From: a virus | Strand: one strand, 5' to 3' | IMG/VR virus record: IMGVR_UViG_3300043434_000210 | Location: 3,059 to 67,058 of that record | DNA length: 64,000 nucleotides | Part shown: in pieces, positions 8,588 through 16,987 of the stretch | Position numbering within the stretch: position 1 is the stretch's first letter | Layout of the letters: every line of letters starts with the position of its first letter | Made by a program: the position numbers and the translations under genes | The notes under the pieces: generated by a model | Told to the model about the DNA's origin: nothing | The model's input: only the letters and a program-made list of their open reading frames with translations | Database searches by the model: none

Positions 8588-8989
8588 ATGAACAAGACTT
8601 TTACATACACACAATTTGCCTACGCTGTAGGTGCAAACGAACGCTTGACATACGAAGCGAGCAAGGTATTCCACGAGGAATACATGGCAAACGAGGATAA
8701 GGCTTTCAGAGCAAGAATGAGAGCCGATTGGGTTGTGAGCTATGTCGCTGGCAATCTCAAGCTCTCGCAAGCCAAAGCAATCAAGGTATGCGAGATGACT
8801 AGGGTAGAACGCAACGCCCTAGACACCGAGCTTGAGAAGGCTGTGAACCGAGCAGGCAAGCAGTTCGGCTACCATGTTGTGCGAGCCGAGCAAGGCACGA
8901 GCAAGCAAACTGACCTAGTCGCACAGGCTCTTGCACTATACGCAAAGATGTCAGGCAGTCAAAAGCGTAGCTTCAAGGCTCAACTTTGA
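8588..8989 (+). CDS. First early gene, hypothetical protein
   Basis: ORF 8576-8989; GGAG RBS places the start at ATG 8588 (MNKTFTY...). Confidence 0.75.
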   Translation: MNKTFTYTQFAYAVGANERLTYEASKVFHEEYMANEDKAFRARMRADWVVSYVAGNLKLSQAKAIKVCEMTRVERNALDTELEKAVNRAGKQFGYHVVRAEQGTSKQTDLVAQALALYAKMSGSQKRSFKAQL

Positions 8990-9014
8990 TATCAGGGAGA
9001 TTTCTCCCCAACAA

Positions 9015-9081
9015 GTTTGACAGAATTCCTGTGTGGTCGTGCAAGCGAGAGCTTTCATGGCTATTCGGTTTTCTGTCAAAC
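9015..9081 (+). other. Long intergenic RNA stem-loop (RNase III-site-like)
   Basis: 11-bp perfect outer stem GTTTGACAGAA/TTCTGTCAAAC, G-U-rich inner stem GUGGUCGUG/CAUGGCUAU, capped by AAGC-GAGA-GCUU (GNRA tetraloop). Confidence 0.7.
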
Positions 9082-9104
9082 ATCTCTCACAAAAGGAATC
9101 AATC

Positions 9105-9266
9105 ATGGAATCACTCGCACAAAAACTACGCAAAGCGTATGACCTAATCGCTACTGCGGATACATCAGACATAGATGCCTACTATCTAGCCGTTGAAGAA
9201 GCACAGGGCTACATAGCCGAGGCATTAGATATGGCAGACAACTTCACCAACGAATACAGGAGCTAA
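9105..9266 (+). CDS. Small acidic hypothetical protein
   Basis: ORF 9033-9266; AAGGA RBS favours ATG 9105 (MESLAQKLRKAY...). Confidence 0.65.
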   Translation: MESLAQKLRKAYDLIATADTSDIDAYYLAVEEAQGYIAEALDMADNFTNEYRS

Positions 9267-9268
9267 CC

Positions 9269-9385
9269 ATGCATCAACGAACCACAATCCAAATCATGTG
9301 GGCGAACCGCCACACGACAGACGGCAAAAGACTACACAGGTTCACACGCAAGGCAATCAACCAATCTCACAGGAGAATCAAATGA
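9269..9385 (+). CDS. Small basic hypothetical protein (38 aa, below the track cutoff)
   Basis: AGGAG RBS; MHQRTTIQIMWANRH...RRIK; its stop overlaps the next start (ATGA). Confidence 0.45.
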   Translation: MHQRTTIQIMWANRHTTDGKRLHRFTRKAINQSHRRIK

Positions 9386-9615
9386 AATCATTTATCGTAG
9401 CCCACTTCCACAATGGCGTAATCATTGAGTTCAAGCGTAAGCCCAAGGCTCAAACACCACAACCACATACACTCAATGTGGCAACCAACGCAGTCAAGAA
9501 ACTAAACGCCCTACTCGGGGAGGTTTCTCCCCAAGACCATTGGGCTTGCGTATCCATAGACAAGCTCGCCGAGCTAAACAAGAGGGGTTTATGGCAACAA
9601 GTTGCTGAGAAGTGA
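9382..9615 (+). CDS. Hypothetical protein
   Basis: AGGAGA RBS before ATG 9382 (MKSFIVAHF...); contains a palindrome copy read as GEVSPQ. Confidence 0.6.
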   Translation: MKSFIVAHFHNGVIIEFKRKPKAQTPQPHTLNVATNAVKKLNALLGEVSPQDHWACVSIDKLAELNKRGLWQQVAEK

Positions 9616-9626
9616 TTTTGGACACT

Positions 9627-9928
9627 TGTCCGCTTATTATTATGCGTAGACACAACCTAATCACCCTGCGAGCCTTTCAGTATATGGCACTGTCCACTAT
9701 CACACATATATTATTATATATAATAGATATAGATATATATAAATAAGTATATGTTTAAGTAGACATAGGTCAGCATTGAAAACCTTTTTAGGTTTAAAAA
9801 TTCTGAAAAAAGGTAAGATATGTATACACAACTTGACCAAACCCCTATAAACTATAGGCTCGCAGGGCGTCTACATCTGTGCGTCCTCTTCATCTCAATA
9901 AGCGGACAGAAAGGTAATTTAGTGGACA
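9627..9928. other. Putative replication origin: AT-rich core flanked by nested inverted repeats
   Basis: Nearly pure A/T run at about 9706-9760; 12-bp inverted repeats 9627-9638/9897-9908 and 9664-9675/9856-9867; 9-bp inverted repeat 9691-9699/9920-9928. Confidence 0.55.
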
Positions 9929-10620
9929 CTTTTTATACTGACGGGGAGGTTTCTCCCCAAGATGATTGGGTTATCACACCTGTATCCAAACACCTGACTC
10001 ATGCAATGTGCGTCAAGTGTGGTGAGATTAAACCTATTGGGCGATTCAAACACAGGCTCACGCTTGAAGAAACTGCCAAGCGATTAGATAAGAACATAGC
10101 CACGACACGCATGGAAGTAAACAGTAAATACTGCACGCCATGTAGGAGAAAAGAGATACCACGCAAGAGCCTACGACAGAAGAGTCGTGATGAAATTAAG
10201 CGTGCTGTTGCGTATGGTGATTTGAATATCGTGCAAGCCAAGATAGAGATAGCCAAGCGTGATGAGGATATGAACCTCAAGAAATCAGCAGGCGTCAAGC
10301 GTAGGTGGGAACGCATACGCAACGAGAAAGCCAAGGCATACGGCAAGCAACTACAAGAACAGGTCAATCGCAAGGCGTCCTACTTTCATGCTAACAAGCA
10401 CAACGGGGCAGATACTACACTCATCACCTTCGCACAGACCGACTACACCTATGCTCGCCTAGCCAAACAAACCTTAATGAGAGGCGTAGCTAGTGGGGAG
10501 GTTTCTCCCCAAACGACCAAGCTAGAAGACGCATACACATACGAGCAACGACAAGAACTACAACGGCTCAAGGCACAGATACCACATGAAATACTAACCA
10601 AGCAAAGGAGAAGGAAGTGA
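9820..10620 (+). CDS. Basic hypothetical protein with CxxC...CxxC (true start probably downstream)
   Basis: CVKC...CTPC zinc-binding pairs, Lys/Arg-rich. The N-terminal part overlaps the origin-like inverted repeats. Confidence 0.6.
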   Translation: MYTQLDQTPINYRLAGRLHLCVLFISISGQKGNLVDTFYTDGEVSPQDDWVITPVSKHLTHAMCVKCGEIKPIGRFKHRLTLEETAKRLDKNIATTRMEVNSKYCTPCRRKEIPRKSLRQKSRDEIKRAVAYGDLNIVQAKIEIAKRDEDMNLKKSAGVKRRWERIRNEKAKAYGKQLQEQVNRKASYFHANKHNGADTTLITFAQTDYTYARLAKQTLMRGVASGEVSPQTTKLEDAYTYEQRQELQRLKAQIPHEILTKQRRRK

Positions 10621-10714
10621 GCAAGCAAAAAGTAGATTGGCTATTAGTTACATTGGTGTTCGGTGGGTTATACCTGCTCGGACATTTGATCGCGTTCATT
10701 TACAGGGAGGTCGT

Positions 10715-10930
10715 ATGTTGCTAGATACAAAGACAGGCAAGCCCTTGTCCGAGGGCATGGAGATACAACGCAAGGACTATCGTGGCTTCAAGAAACGATA
10801 CAGGGTTCACGAGATACTGCCTAATGCGGTGGTTTTAATTTTAATCGGAGAATCAGCTCTCGCTAACCTATATCTCACAGTCCCTATGGCTGAGCTATCT
10901 CAATATAGCTTGGGCGTAACGTTGTTTTAA
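10715..10930 (+). CDS. Hypothetical protein
   Basis: ORF 10637-10930; GGAGG RBS favours the ATG at 10715 (MLLDTKTG...). Confidence 0.55.
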   Translation: MLLDTKTGKPLSEGMEIQRKDYRGFKKRYRVHEILPNAVVLILIGESALANLYLTVPMAELSQYSLGVTLF

Positions 10931-11002
10931 CGGGGAGATTTCTCCCCAAGATGTTTCACAAAGCAGTAGACAGTTAACCACAACCAAACGAAAGGAATCA
11001 TT

Positions 11003-12424
11003 ATGTTAAGGTTAATAGATAGATATCGTGAGCTCAGAGAGCACACAGGGAACGACAGGCCTATGTCTAACCCACGTTTTGTATCTGCCATGCGTGACGA
11101 GATACGCACTAACTTGGCAGGCGGTCCTCATGCTTGGCTCAAGAATCGTGCACCATCAATGTATAGATATGGTGATGTGCGTGAGCAGTTGGAGTATGGG
11201 TTCAATGGTCATGTGGGTAGAATGACTGAGTGGGTGCATCAGCAGAGAGCCAATCGCAAAGTGTTCGGTGGGTTCATGGGCGATGCGATACGCCAAGGGG
11301 ATTCAGACAGGGCGTTGGCGTTACTCAATGACCACACCAGTATCCGTGACGGCTCACGTGTTGATTGGACAGACCTGCTCAATGATAAGTTCACAGGCTA
11401 CTACCACTCATGCGAGGACTGCAACACCATCACGAGTGAAGACGATGGTAGCACCACCAGCTACGACAATTGGGTGTGTCAGGACTGTCTTGACAACAAC
11501 TACAGATGGTCAGACCGAGCTGATGGATACGTGACCAATGATGACTACGAAGATGAAGAGGAGGAGGACGAAGACAACGGCGTCATCGGTAGTTACCACC
11601 ACAGTAAGCGTCATGTGTGCCACATACCTAGCAAGTATGACCACATAGATAAGCCTGCCGTTCTGCTTGGGCTTGAGCTAGAGATGGAGTGTAGCGACAG
11701 TTATACCCGTAGCGACAAGGCTCAAGAACTGTATGACAAGATACACAAATACAACGTCATCAATGGCAGGTCATATCCATACGCGTTCTTTGAGGAGGAC
11801 GGCTCGCTTAACTATGGCTTCGAGATGGTGACTAGCTACACAGGTCTTGATGTCCATGCCGAGCAGTTGTTGGTGTTCAAGGATAACCCTGTGCGTGGGC
11901 TACGCAGTCACGACACTAGCAGTTGTGGTCTACACGTTCACGTCAGTCGTGCAGGTATGACGACATTCCATGCGTGTAAGTTGGCGTTCTTCATTCACGA
12001 TAGCGGTAACCAACGCTTATTGAGAGCCGTAGCACGTAGGTCTAACAGTCGCCATGCCAAGATGGTCAACAAGAAAGCGGATTCACAATGGATACGCAAT
12101 GCCAAGGTTGATGGTATCCAACGCTTGAATGACGACAGGTATGAGGCGGTCAACTTTCAGAATGGCAACACCGTTGAGTTCCGTCTGTTCAAGGGCACGC
12201 TACGCTACGAGTCAATCATGGCGTGCTTGGAGTTCTCATACATCACATGGTTCTTCGCTCGTGATATGGGTGTGACTGAGCTGACCGAGGATAAGTTCCT
12301 TGAGTATATCTGTCAGCCAAGCAAGCTCAAGCACACTAAGTTCTTGCGTGACTACTTGCGGTCTAAGAACTTCAGCCTACCTATCAAGGACAGACAACCC
12401 AAGCAAGATGCAGTTGAAGTCTAA
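11003..12424 (+). CDS. Putative amidoligase (glutamine synthetase-like COOH-NH2 ligase) with N-terminal Zn ribbon
   Basis: GLELEME, EEDGSL, GFEMVT, SCGLHVHVS, RYEAVN and TVEFRLFKGT motifs; CEDC/CQDC pair and an acidic linker upstream. Confidence 0.85.
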   Translation: MLRLIDRYRELREHTGNDRPMSNPRFVSAMRDEIRTNLAGGPHAWLKNRAPSMYRYGDVREQLEYGFNGHVGRMTEWVHQQRANRKVFGGFMGDAIRQGDSDRALALLNDHTSIRDGSRVDWTDLLNDKFTGYYHSCEDCNTITSEDDGSTTSYDNWVCQDCLDNNYRWSDRADGYVTNDDYEDEEEEDEDNGVIGSYHHSKRHVCHIPSKYDHIDKPAVLLGLELEMECSDSYTRSDKAQELYDKIHKYNVINGRSYPYAFFEEDGSLNYGFEMVTSYTGLDVHAEQLLVFKDNPVRGLRSHDTSSCGLHVHVSRAGMTTFHACKLAFFIHDSGNQRLLRAVARRSNSRHAKMVNKKADSQWIRNAKVDGIQRLNDDRYEAVNFQNGNTVEFRLFKGTLRYESIMACLEFSYITWFFARDMGVTELTEDKFLEYICQPSKLKHTKFLRDYLRSKNFSLPIKDRQPKQDAVEV

Positions 12425-12475
12425 CGGGGAGGTTTCTCCCCAACACGTTCTCACAAACAAACGAAAGGAAATACT

Positions 12476-13543
12476 ATGTGCTTATTAGTTACACAACCTG
12501 CTAACGCCCCTGCTCTCACAGACGCATGGCTCTCTGACTTCTACTCAGCTAACGCTGACGGCGTGGGTGTGATGTATGCCCAAGACGGCGAGCTTGTCGT
12601 TGAGAAGATACTGCCTGTTGATGAGAAGGACTTCATTCACTTCTACCGCAACCACATTGAGGGTAAGGAATGTGCGTTCCACCTACGCATGAAGACGCAT
12701 GGCAATATTGACATGGAGAACTGCCACCCATACGAGGTGTTGAATCATAGCGAGCATGGCATCAGCTTATGGCTCATGCACAACGGCGTGCTGTCTACGG
12801 GTAATGACGCTGACACTACTAAGTCAGACACATGGCACTACATTCGTGACTACCTCCGCCCTATGCTGACTGACAACCCTGAGTTTGCGTTTCACCCTGC
12901 GTTCGCAGACATTGTCGGTAGCCACATCGGTAGCAGTAACAAGTTCGTGCTGATGGACAACAACGGCAGACAAGTCACAGTCAACGAAGATGCAGGCGTC
13001 TATTGGGGTGGGCTATGGTTATCCAATACCTACGCATGGTCAGCAAGTAAGTCAGCTACCAAGGACTTCAACCCTGACTACGAGATCGCAGTTGAGCAGG
13101 TCAATGAGACGCCGACCAAGTATACGTATTCATACAAAGGCGGTTATGGGTATGGCACGTATGGCAAGGGGTATGGCTACTCAGGCACATGGGACAACGA
13201 TGACTACTATGACGACCCTGTCGGTGGCTACGTTACATCTAAGGTAGGTCAGAACTACGCTGATGAGATAGCGGTGCTTGAGATGGAGGTTGATGATGTC
13301 AGCACGCAGTTTGGTATCGCAGGTATGACACGTGCTGAACGATTCAGTCGCCGTCAGATATGGAACTTCATTGATAAGTTTGGCTTTGACTCATGGCTTG
13401 ACGTTGCATATATGTTGATTGATACGGACATTGATGAGGACGCATACATCAAGCTGATGTCTGACTTTGCGTATGCACGTGAGATGTTTCCGTTCCTGAT
13501 TAAAGAAGAGCAGAAGCTTGCTCGTGGTGAGTGGTTGAACTAA
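12476..13543 (+). CDS. Class II (Ntn) glutamine amidotransferase-like protein
   Basis: N-terminal Met-Cys, NADGVG, HLRMKTHG, NCHPY, HNGVL and SDT motifs; Tyr/Gly-rich linker and acidic C-terminal domain. Confidence 0.88.
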   Translation: MCLLVTQPANAPALTDAWLSDFYSANADGVGVMYAQDGELVVEKILPVDEKDFIHFYRNHIEGKECAFHLRMKTHGNIDMENCHPYEVLNHSEHGISLWLMHNGVLSTGNDADTTKSDTWHYIRDYLRPMLTDNPEFAFHPAFADIVGSHIGSSNKFVLMDNNGRQVTVNEDAGVYWGGLWLSNTYAWSASKSATKDFNPDYEIAVEQVNETPTKYTYSYKGGYGYGTYGKGYGYSGTWDNDDYYDDPVGGYVTSKVGQNYADEIAVLEMEVDDVSTQFGIAGMTRAERFSRRQIWNFIDKFGFDSWLDVAYMLIDTDIDEDAYIKLMSDFAYAREMFPFLIKEEQKLARGEWLN

Positions 13544-13555
13544 GAAAGGAGTTGT

Positions 13556-13717
13556 ATGTTTGAAAACGATGGCAATACCAAGTTTTTCTTGGACAGCGAG
13601 GAGGTGACGTGCGAGAAGTTCAATGACTTCTACTACGCCCACGATACGGGGTGGTGTGAAGACGTTGACGAGTATGGCACGCTACGCCTAACTATTTTTA
13701 CTGATGATGCAAACTAA
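13556..13717 (+). CDS. Small acidic hypothetical protein (53 aa, below the track cutoff)
   Basis: AAGGAG RBS; ATG 13556 to TAA 13717 fills the gap between neighbours. Confidence 0.55.
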   Translation: MFENDGNTKFFLDSEEVTCEKFNDFYYAHDTGWCEDVDEYGTLRLTIFTDDAN

Positions 13718-13732
13718 CTGAAAGGAAATTGT

Positions 13733-13963
13733 ATGACTAACGCAGAAGTATTCTTAATCGCATGGGCGGTAGTGGCTACCTTGTTGGCGGTGTATTACCA
13801 ACAGAAACACAAACAAGTTGAGATGAAGTATGACAACACAGGCAACCTACTATGTGATGTTGTGGTGGGTGATGTCAAGCCTAGAAAGAACAACGAGGGC
13901 TTTTGGGTTGTAGAGAATAGCCACACACGCATCGTATTTAAACGCAGAGAAATGGAGCTTTAA
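13733..13963 (+). CDS. Small membrane-anchored hypothetical protein
   Basis: N-terminal hydrophobic helix VFLIAWAVVATLLAVYY; GAAAGGAAA RBS. Confidence 0.65.
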   Translation: MTNAEVFLIAWAVVATLLAVYYQQKHKQVEMKYDNTGNLLCDVVVGDVKPRKNNEGFWVVENSHTRIVFKRREMEL

Positions 13964-13964
13964 T

Positions 13965-14399
13965 ATGGATACATCAACACTAGTAACAGGCGTATCAGGT
14001 GCAGTATACGCACCCGTGGATACATCACCGCAAGCAACCGCAGTCAATCAAGCAATGTCTTTGATTCAGGAGGGGCTGGCTCAACTTACTACACTCATCA
14101 ACTCTTTAGACAAACGCATCGGGGAGAATCCTCCCCAAAATGTAGATTTGCAGACAACTGTGGATTTGGTGTTGCATCAGTCTACTTGGTTTGATAACAA
14201 GGTCTCTGAGTTTCTCAAGAGCAAAGACGACCTCATTGAGAACGTCATTGAAGATGTTGTGCGTGACCGCATGGATACTGCCGTCAATGACTGGTTCAAC
14301 AACGAGTTCCAACTGAGTGACTACGTAGATATTGAAGACTTAGTCAAAGAAGTTGTGGAGGAGAAGTTACGCCGAGCAACAATAACTGTGGATATATAG
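13965..14399 (+). CDS. Hypothetical protein
   Basis: 144 aa, coupled to its neighbours; contains the last palindrome copy (GENPPQ). Confidence 0.65.
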   Translation: MDTSTLVTGVSGAVYAPVDTSPQATAVNQAMSLIQEGLAQLTTLINSLDKRIGENPPQNVDLQTTVDLVLHQSTWFDNKVSEFLKSKDDLIENVIEDVVRDRMDTAVNDWFNNEFQLSDYVDIEDLVKEVVEEKLRRATITVDI

Positions 14400-14407
14400 G
14401 AGGTAAT

Positions 14408-14806
14408 ATGCCAAGCACATGGGGCTACTATCGTAGCCTAGAATCAGGTGAAGCTGAAGAGCTCACCGAGCAGAACGGACACCCTTGCGTTGAGGGCGAG
14501 TTCTACTGCACAAACGAGTATGGCGATACGCCTGCGTGGGTAGAGATTACCTTTGCTGACGAGGGCGTGCTCATGATGAAGATGGCTAGAGGTTTAGTCA
14601 ACGACATCAAAGAATTCCAAGCGATACAGATGAGTGCCGATGACATTGGGCTCAGCATCAATATCAGCGAGGAGTGGGGCAACCATTCAGGCGTGCGTCT
14701 CAAGATATACGGCAAGCACGCATGGATTGAGGTATTCGCCAAACACACTAGCGAGATGCTAGAGATAGATGTATCAGAGCAAGTTAAACACATTATCGGA
14801 GGATAA
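14408..14806 (+). CDS. Hypothetical protein
   Basis: 132 aa, AGGAGG RBS. Confidence 0.65.
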   Translation: MPSTWGYYRSLESGEAEELTEQNGHPCVEGEFYCTNEYGDTPAWVEITFADEGVLMMKMARGLVNDIKEFQAIQMSADDIGLSINISEEWGNHSGVRLKIYGKHAWIEVFAKHTSEMLEIDVSEQVKHIIGG

Positions 14807-14807
14807 A

Positions 14808-15764
14808 ATGACTTTACTTTACAACGTAGCACACGAGCACTTCAACAAGACCAAGAAGCCACCACGCAGTAAGCACTACACAGAAGTAGAACGCCCGTTG
14901 CGTAGGGTTAACGAGAACCACATCAAGCTAGTCAAAGAGCCACACAGTTATGTATATAGATTTCTTGGGCATGACGCGGTGCGTGCATACGAGCCTGACG
15001 AGAACGGCAACTACCAAGTGTGCGTCATGTATGACGGCTACTATTCAACCGACAACTACATGGGTCAGTTCTGTGGTGTTTACTCTAACTGTGCTGTTGA
15101 GACAGATGATGGGCGTATGGTGCGTCTGCCACTCAACCACCACTACAAACAACAAGACAAAGACTTTACTGCGGTATTGATGTTCAACTCCAACGGCAAA
15201 CTTATTGTTGATCAATCATGGCACGCCGACATCTACAAGAAGCAGTCCAACCAAGCTGACAAAGATACACGCAAGTTCATCAAGCAACGTATTGAGGCAC
15301 TCGTTACGCTTCAGATGTTCAAGATGCCGTCATTCAAGGCAGGTGTAAAGATTGACTATCGTGCAGGTAGACCATTCGGCTACAACTATCTAGACATCAA
15401 CACACAACGCACGCTAATCACTAGCTTGAAGACAGGTGATGCGGTTGAGTCAGAGGAGTTCGTTACGGCGTTCGATACGCTATCGCAACACGCTTTCAAC
15501 AATTTGGTAAGCAAGCGTATCTACGATACCTATGGCTCTAAGGGTTTCTTCTCATCATGGAACGCACGTAGTAACCCCAACCACCAAGCTGAGATTGATG
15601 CTTTACACAAACCTGTTGTGGAGAACGTAAGCACCGATGACCTGAAGACTGTGCTTGAACGCAAGGTCTTGTCTCTGCTCAATCTGAATCAGGGTTCGGA
15701 CTTTGTTGCACTGCCACAATTCATGGAGTCGTTACCGACTAAGTTTTATTTGCAAAATAAATAA
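14808..15764 (+). CDS. Hypothetical protein
   Basis: ORF 14769-15764; GGAGGA RBS favours ATG 14808 (MTLLYNVA...). Confidence 0.7.
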   Translation: MTLLYNVAHEHFNKTKKPPRSKHYTEVERPLRRVNENHIKLVKEPHSYVYRFLGHDAVRAYEPDENGNYQVCVMYDGYYSTDNYMGQFCGVYSNCAVETDDGRMVRLPLNHHYKQQDKDFTAVLMFNSNGKLIVDQSWHADIYKKQSNQADKDTRKFIKQRIEALVTLQMFKMPSFKAGVKIDYRAGRPFGYNYLDINTQRTLITSLKTGDAVESEEFVTAFDTLSQHAFNNLVSKRIYDTYGSKGFFSSWNARSNPNHQAEIDALHKPVVENVSTDDLKTVLERKVLSLLNLNQGSDFVALPQFMESLPTKFYLQNK

Positions 15765-15773
15765 GAAAGGGGG

Positions 15774-15802
15774 TTGTCAAACATTTGATTCGGTCGTATT
15801 AT
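15774..15802 (+). promoter_or_regulatory. sigma70-type promoter of the AAA/vWA operon
   Basis: TTGTCA, 17 bp spacer, TATTAT; followed by the 12-bp direct repeat TATTAGTAGTAA at 15800 and 15820. Confidence 0.7.
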
Positions 15803-15859
15803 TAGTAGTAAATAACAAGTATTAGTAGTAACTCTCACAACACAACGAAAGGAAGTCAT

Positions 15860-16978
15860 ATGAAAGTGGTCAACTTTAACCAAGGCGTATCCGCCATCAA
15901 AGCGTGGGGTGCTAAACGCACTATCGTTTTCCAAGGGGAGAATGGTATTGGCAAGACAGCATTGCACCATCACATAGTCAAAGACCCGTTCTTTGCAAAT
16001 CACATTGCGATTAAGCCTATCGATTGCACGCAGTTGTCTGACGGCTCTGTTTGGATGCCCGACATTGACAAAGAACTAGGCGTATCACGTGAGCTACCCA
16101 ACGAACGCTTGGGTGTAAGCAAGCTCAACCAAAAGGGTGTCAACGGCAGTCGCCCTGTCATTATTTTCTTAGACGAGATTGCCAAAGCACGCCAATACAT
16201 CAAGGACATTCTCGCCCCTATCGTCTACGAGAGACGCGTTGGTAACTATGAGTTGCCCGAGGGTAGCGTGGTGTTCTGTGCAACCAACCTTGACTGCGAG
16301 GGATTGGGCGACAACATTCAGGCTCACTTGCGTAGCCGTCTAACATTCATGCAACTACGCAAACCAACGCAACCTGAGTGGAAAACTTGGGCGATCAACG
16401 TAGGTATTGCACCCGAGGTCATCGCTTGCACAGAAGAACACCCACAATGGTTTGATTCATTCCTTGACTACGAGCCTAACGGAAAGTATTACGGGCGTAG
16501 CCTAGAGAAAGACAACCCACACATCTTCAACCCACGTGGTTCACAGGAGTCATACGTCAACCCACGTAGCTTGCATGCGGTATCCGATATCGTGTATGAA
16601 CGCGAGCTTGTGGACAACGAGACATTCGTATCAGGTATGGTCGGCACCATCGGTGAGCCCGCGGCTGAGCTACTCAACTCATTCATCAAGTTCGGTGATG
16701 AGACGCCTGCATACGCTGACATCGTGGCTCGCCCTGACTCATGCCCTATCCCGTCTAACCCTGTGGCTCAGATTATTACGACTCTCAAATGCGTTACACA
16801 GACTAACAGTCGTGACGAGGCTGAGGCGGTTAGCGAATACATCATGCGTATGCGTAAGGAGATGCAGTCTATGTTCTGCAACAACGTGGCTAACTCCGCA
16901 CGTGCAGGCACCTTCATCACAGTCAACAACTTCAAGAAGATGATTGGCGACAACGCTATCTTCTTTTCAACCAAGTAA
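15860..16978 (+). CDS. MoxR/dynein-related AAA+ ATPase
   Basis: Walker A GENGIGKT, Walker B IIFLDE, sensor ATN, Arg finger LRSR, NPRS. Confidence 0.88.
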   Translation: MKVVNFNQGVSAIKAWGAKRTIVFQGENGIGKTALHHHIVKDPFFANHIAIKPIDCTQLSDGSVWMPDIDKELGVSRELPNERLGVSKLNQKGVNGSRPVIIFLDEIAKARQYIKDILAPIVYERRVGNYELPEGSVVFCATNLDCEGLGDNIQAHLRSRLTFMQLRKPTQPEWKTWAINVGIAPEVIACTEEHPQWFDSFLDYEPNGKYYGRSLEKDNPHIFNPRGSQESYVNPRSLHAVSDIVYERELVDNETFVSGMVGTIGEPAAELLNSFIKFGDETPAYADIVARPDSCPIPSNPVAQIITTLKCVTQTNSRDEAEAVSEYIMRMRKEMQSMFCNNVANSARAGTFITVNNFKKMIGDNAIFFSTK

Positions 16979-16987
16979 GGGGGTCAT

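Larger units (their letters stand above)
8520..14138 (+). repeat. Dispersed polarised palindrome GGGGAG-N4-CTCCCCAA, 8 copies
   Basis: Copies at 8520-8537, 8994-9011 (first G replaced by A), 9517-9534, 9943-9960, 10495-10512, 10932-10949, 12426-12443 and 14121-14138. Confidence 0.92.

Noticed and set aside
8520-14138. Palindromic repeats as a CRISPR array or integron attC sites
   Set aside because: Spacing is 0.4-1.7 kb and several copies lie inside ORFs. There is no cas operon (the Cas4-like gene sits in the replication module), no integron integrase and no RYYYAAC/GTTRRRY ends.
15935-15945. Partial GGGGAGAA match as a ninth palindrome
   Set aside because: It lacks the CTCCCC arm and simply encodes part of the Walker A region.
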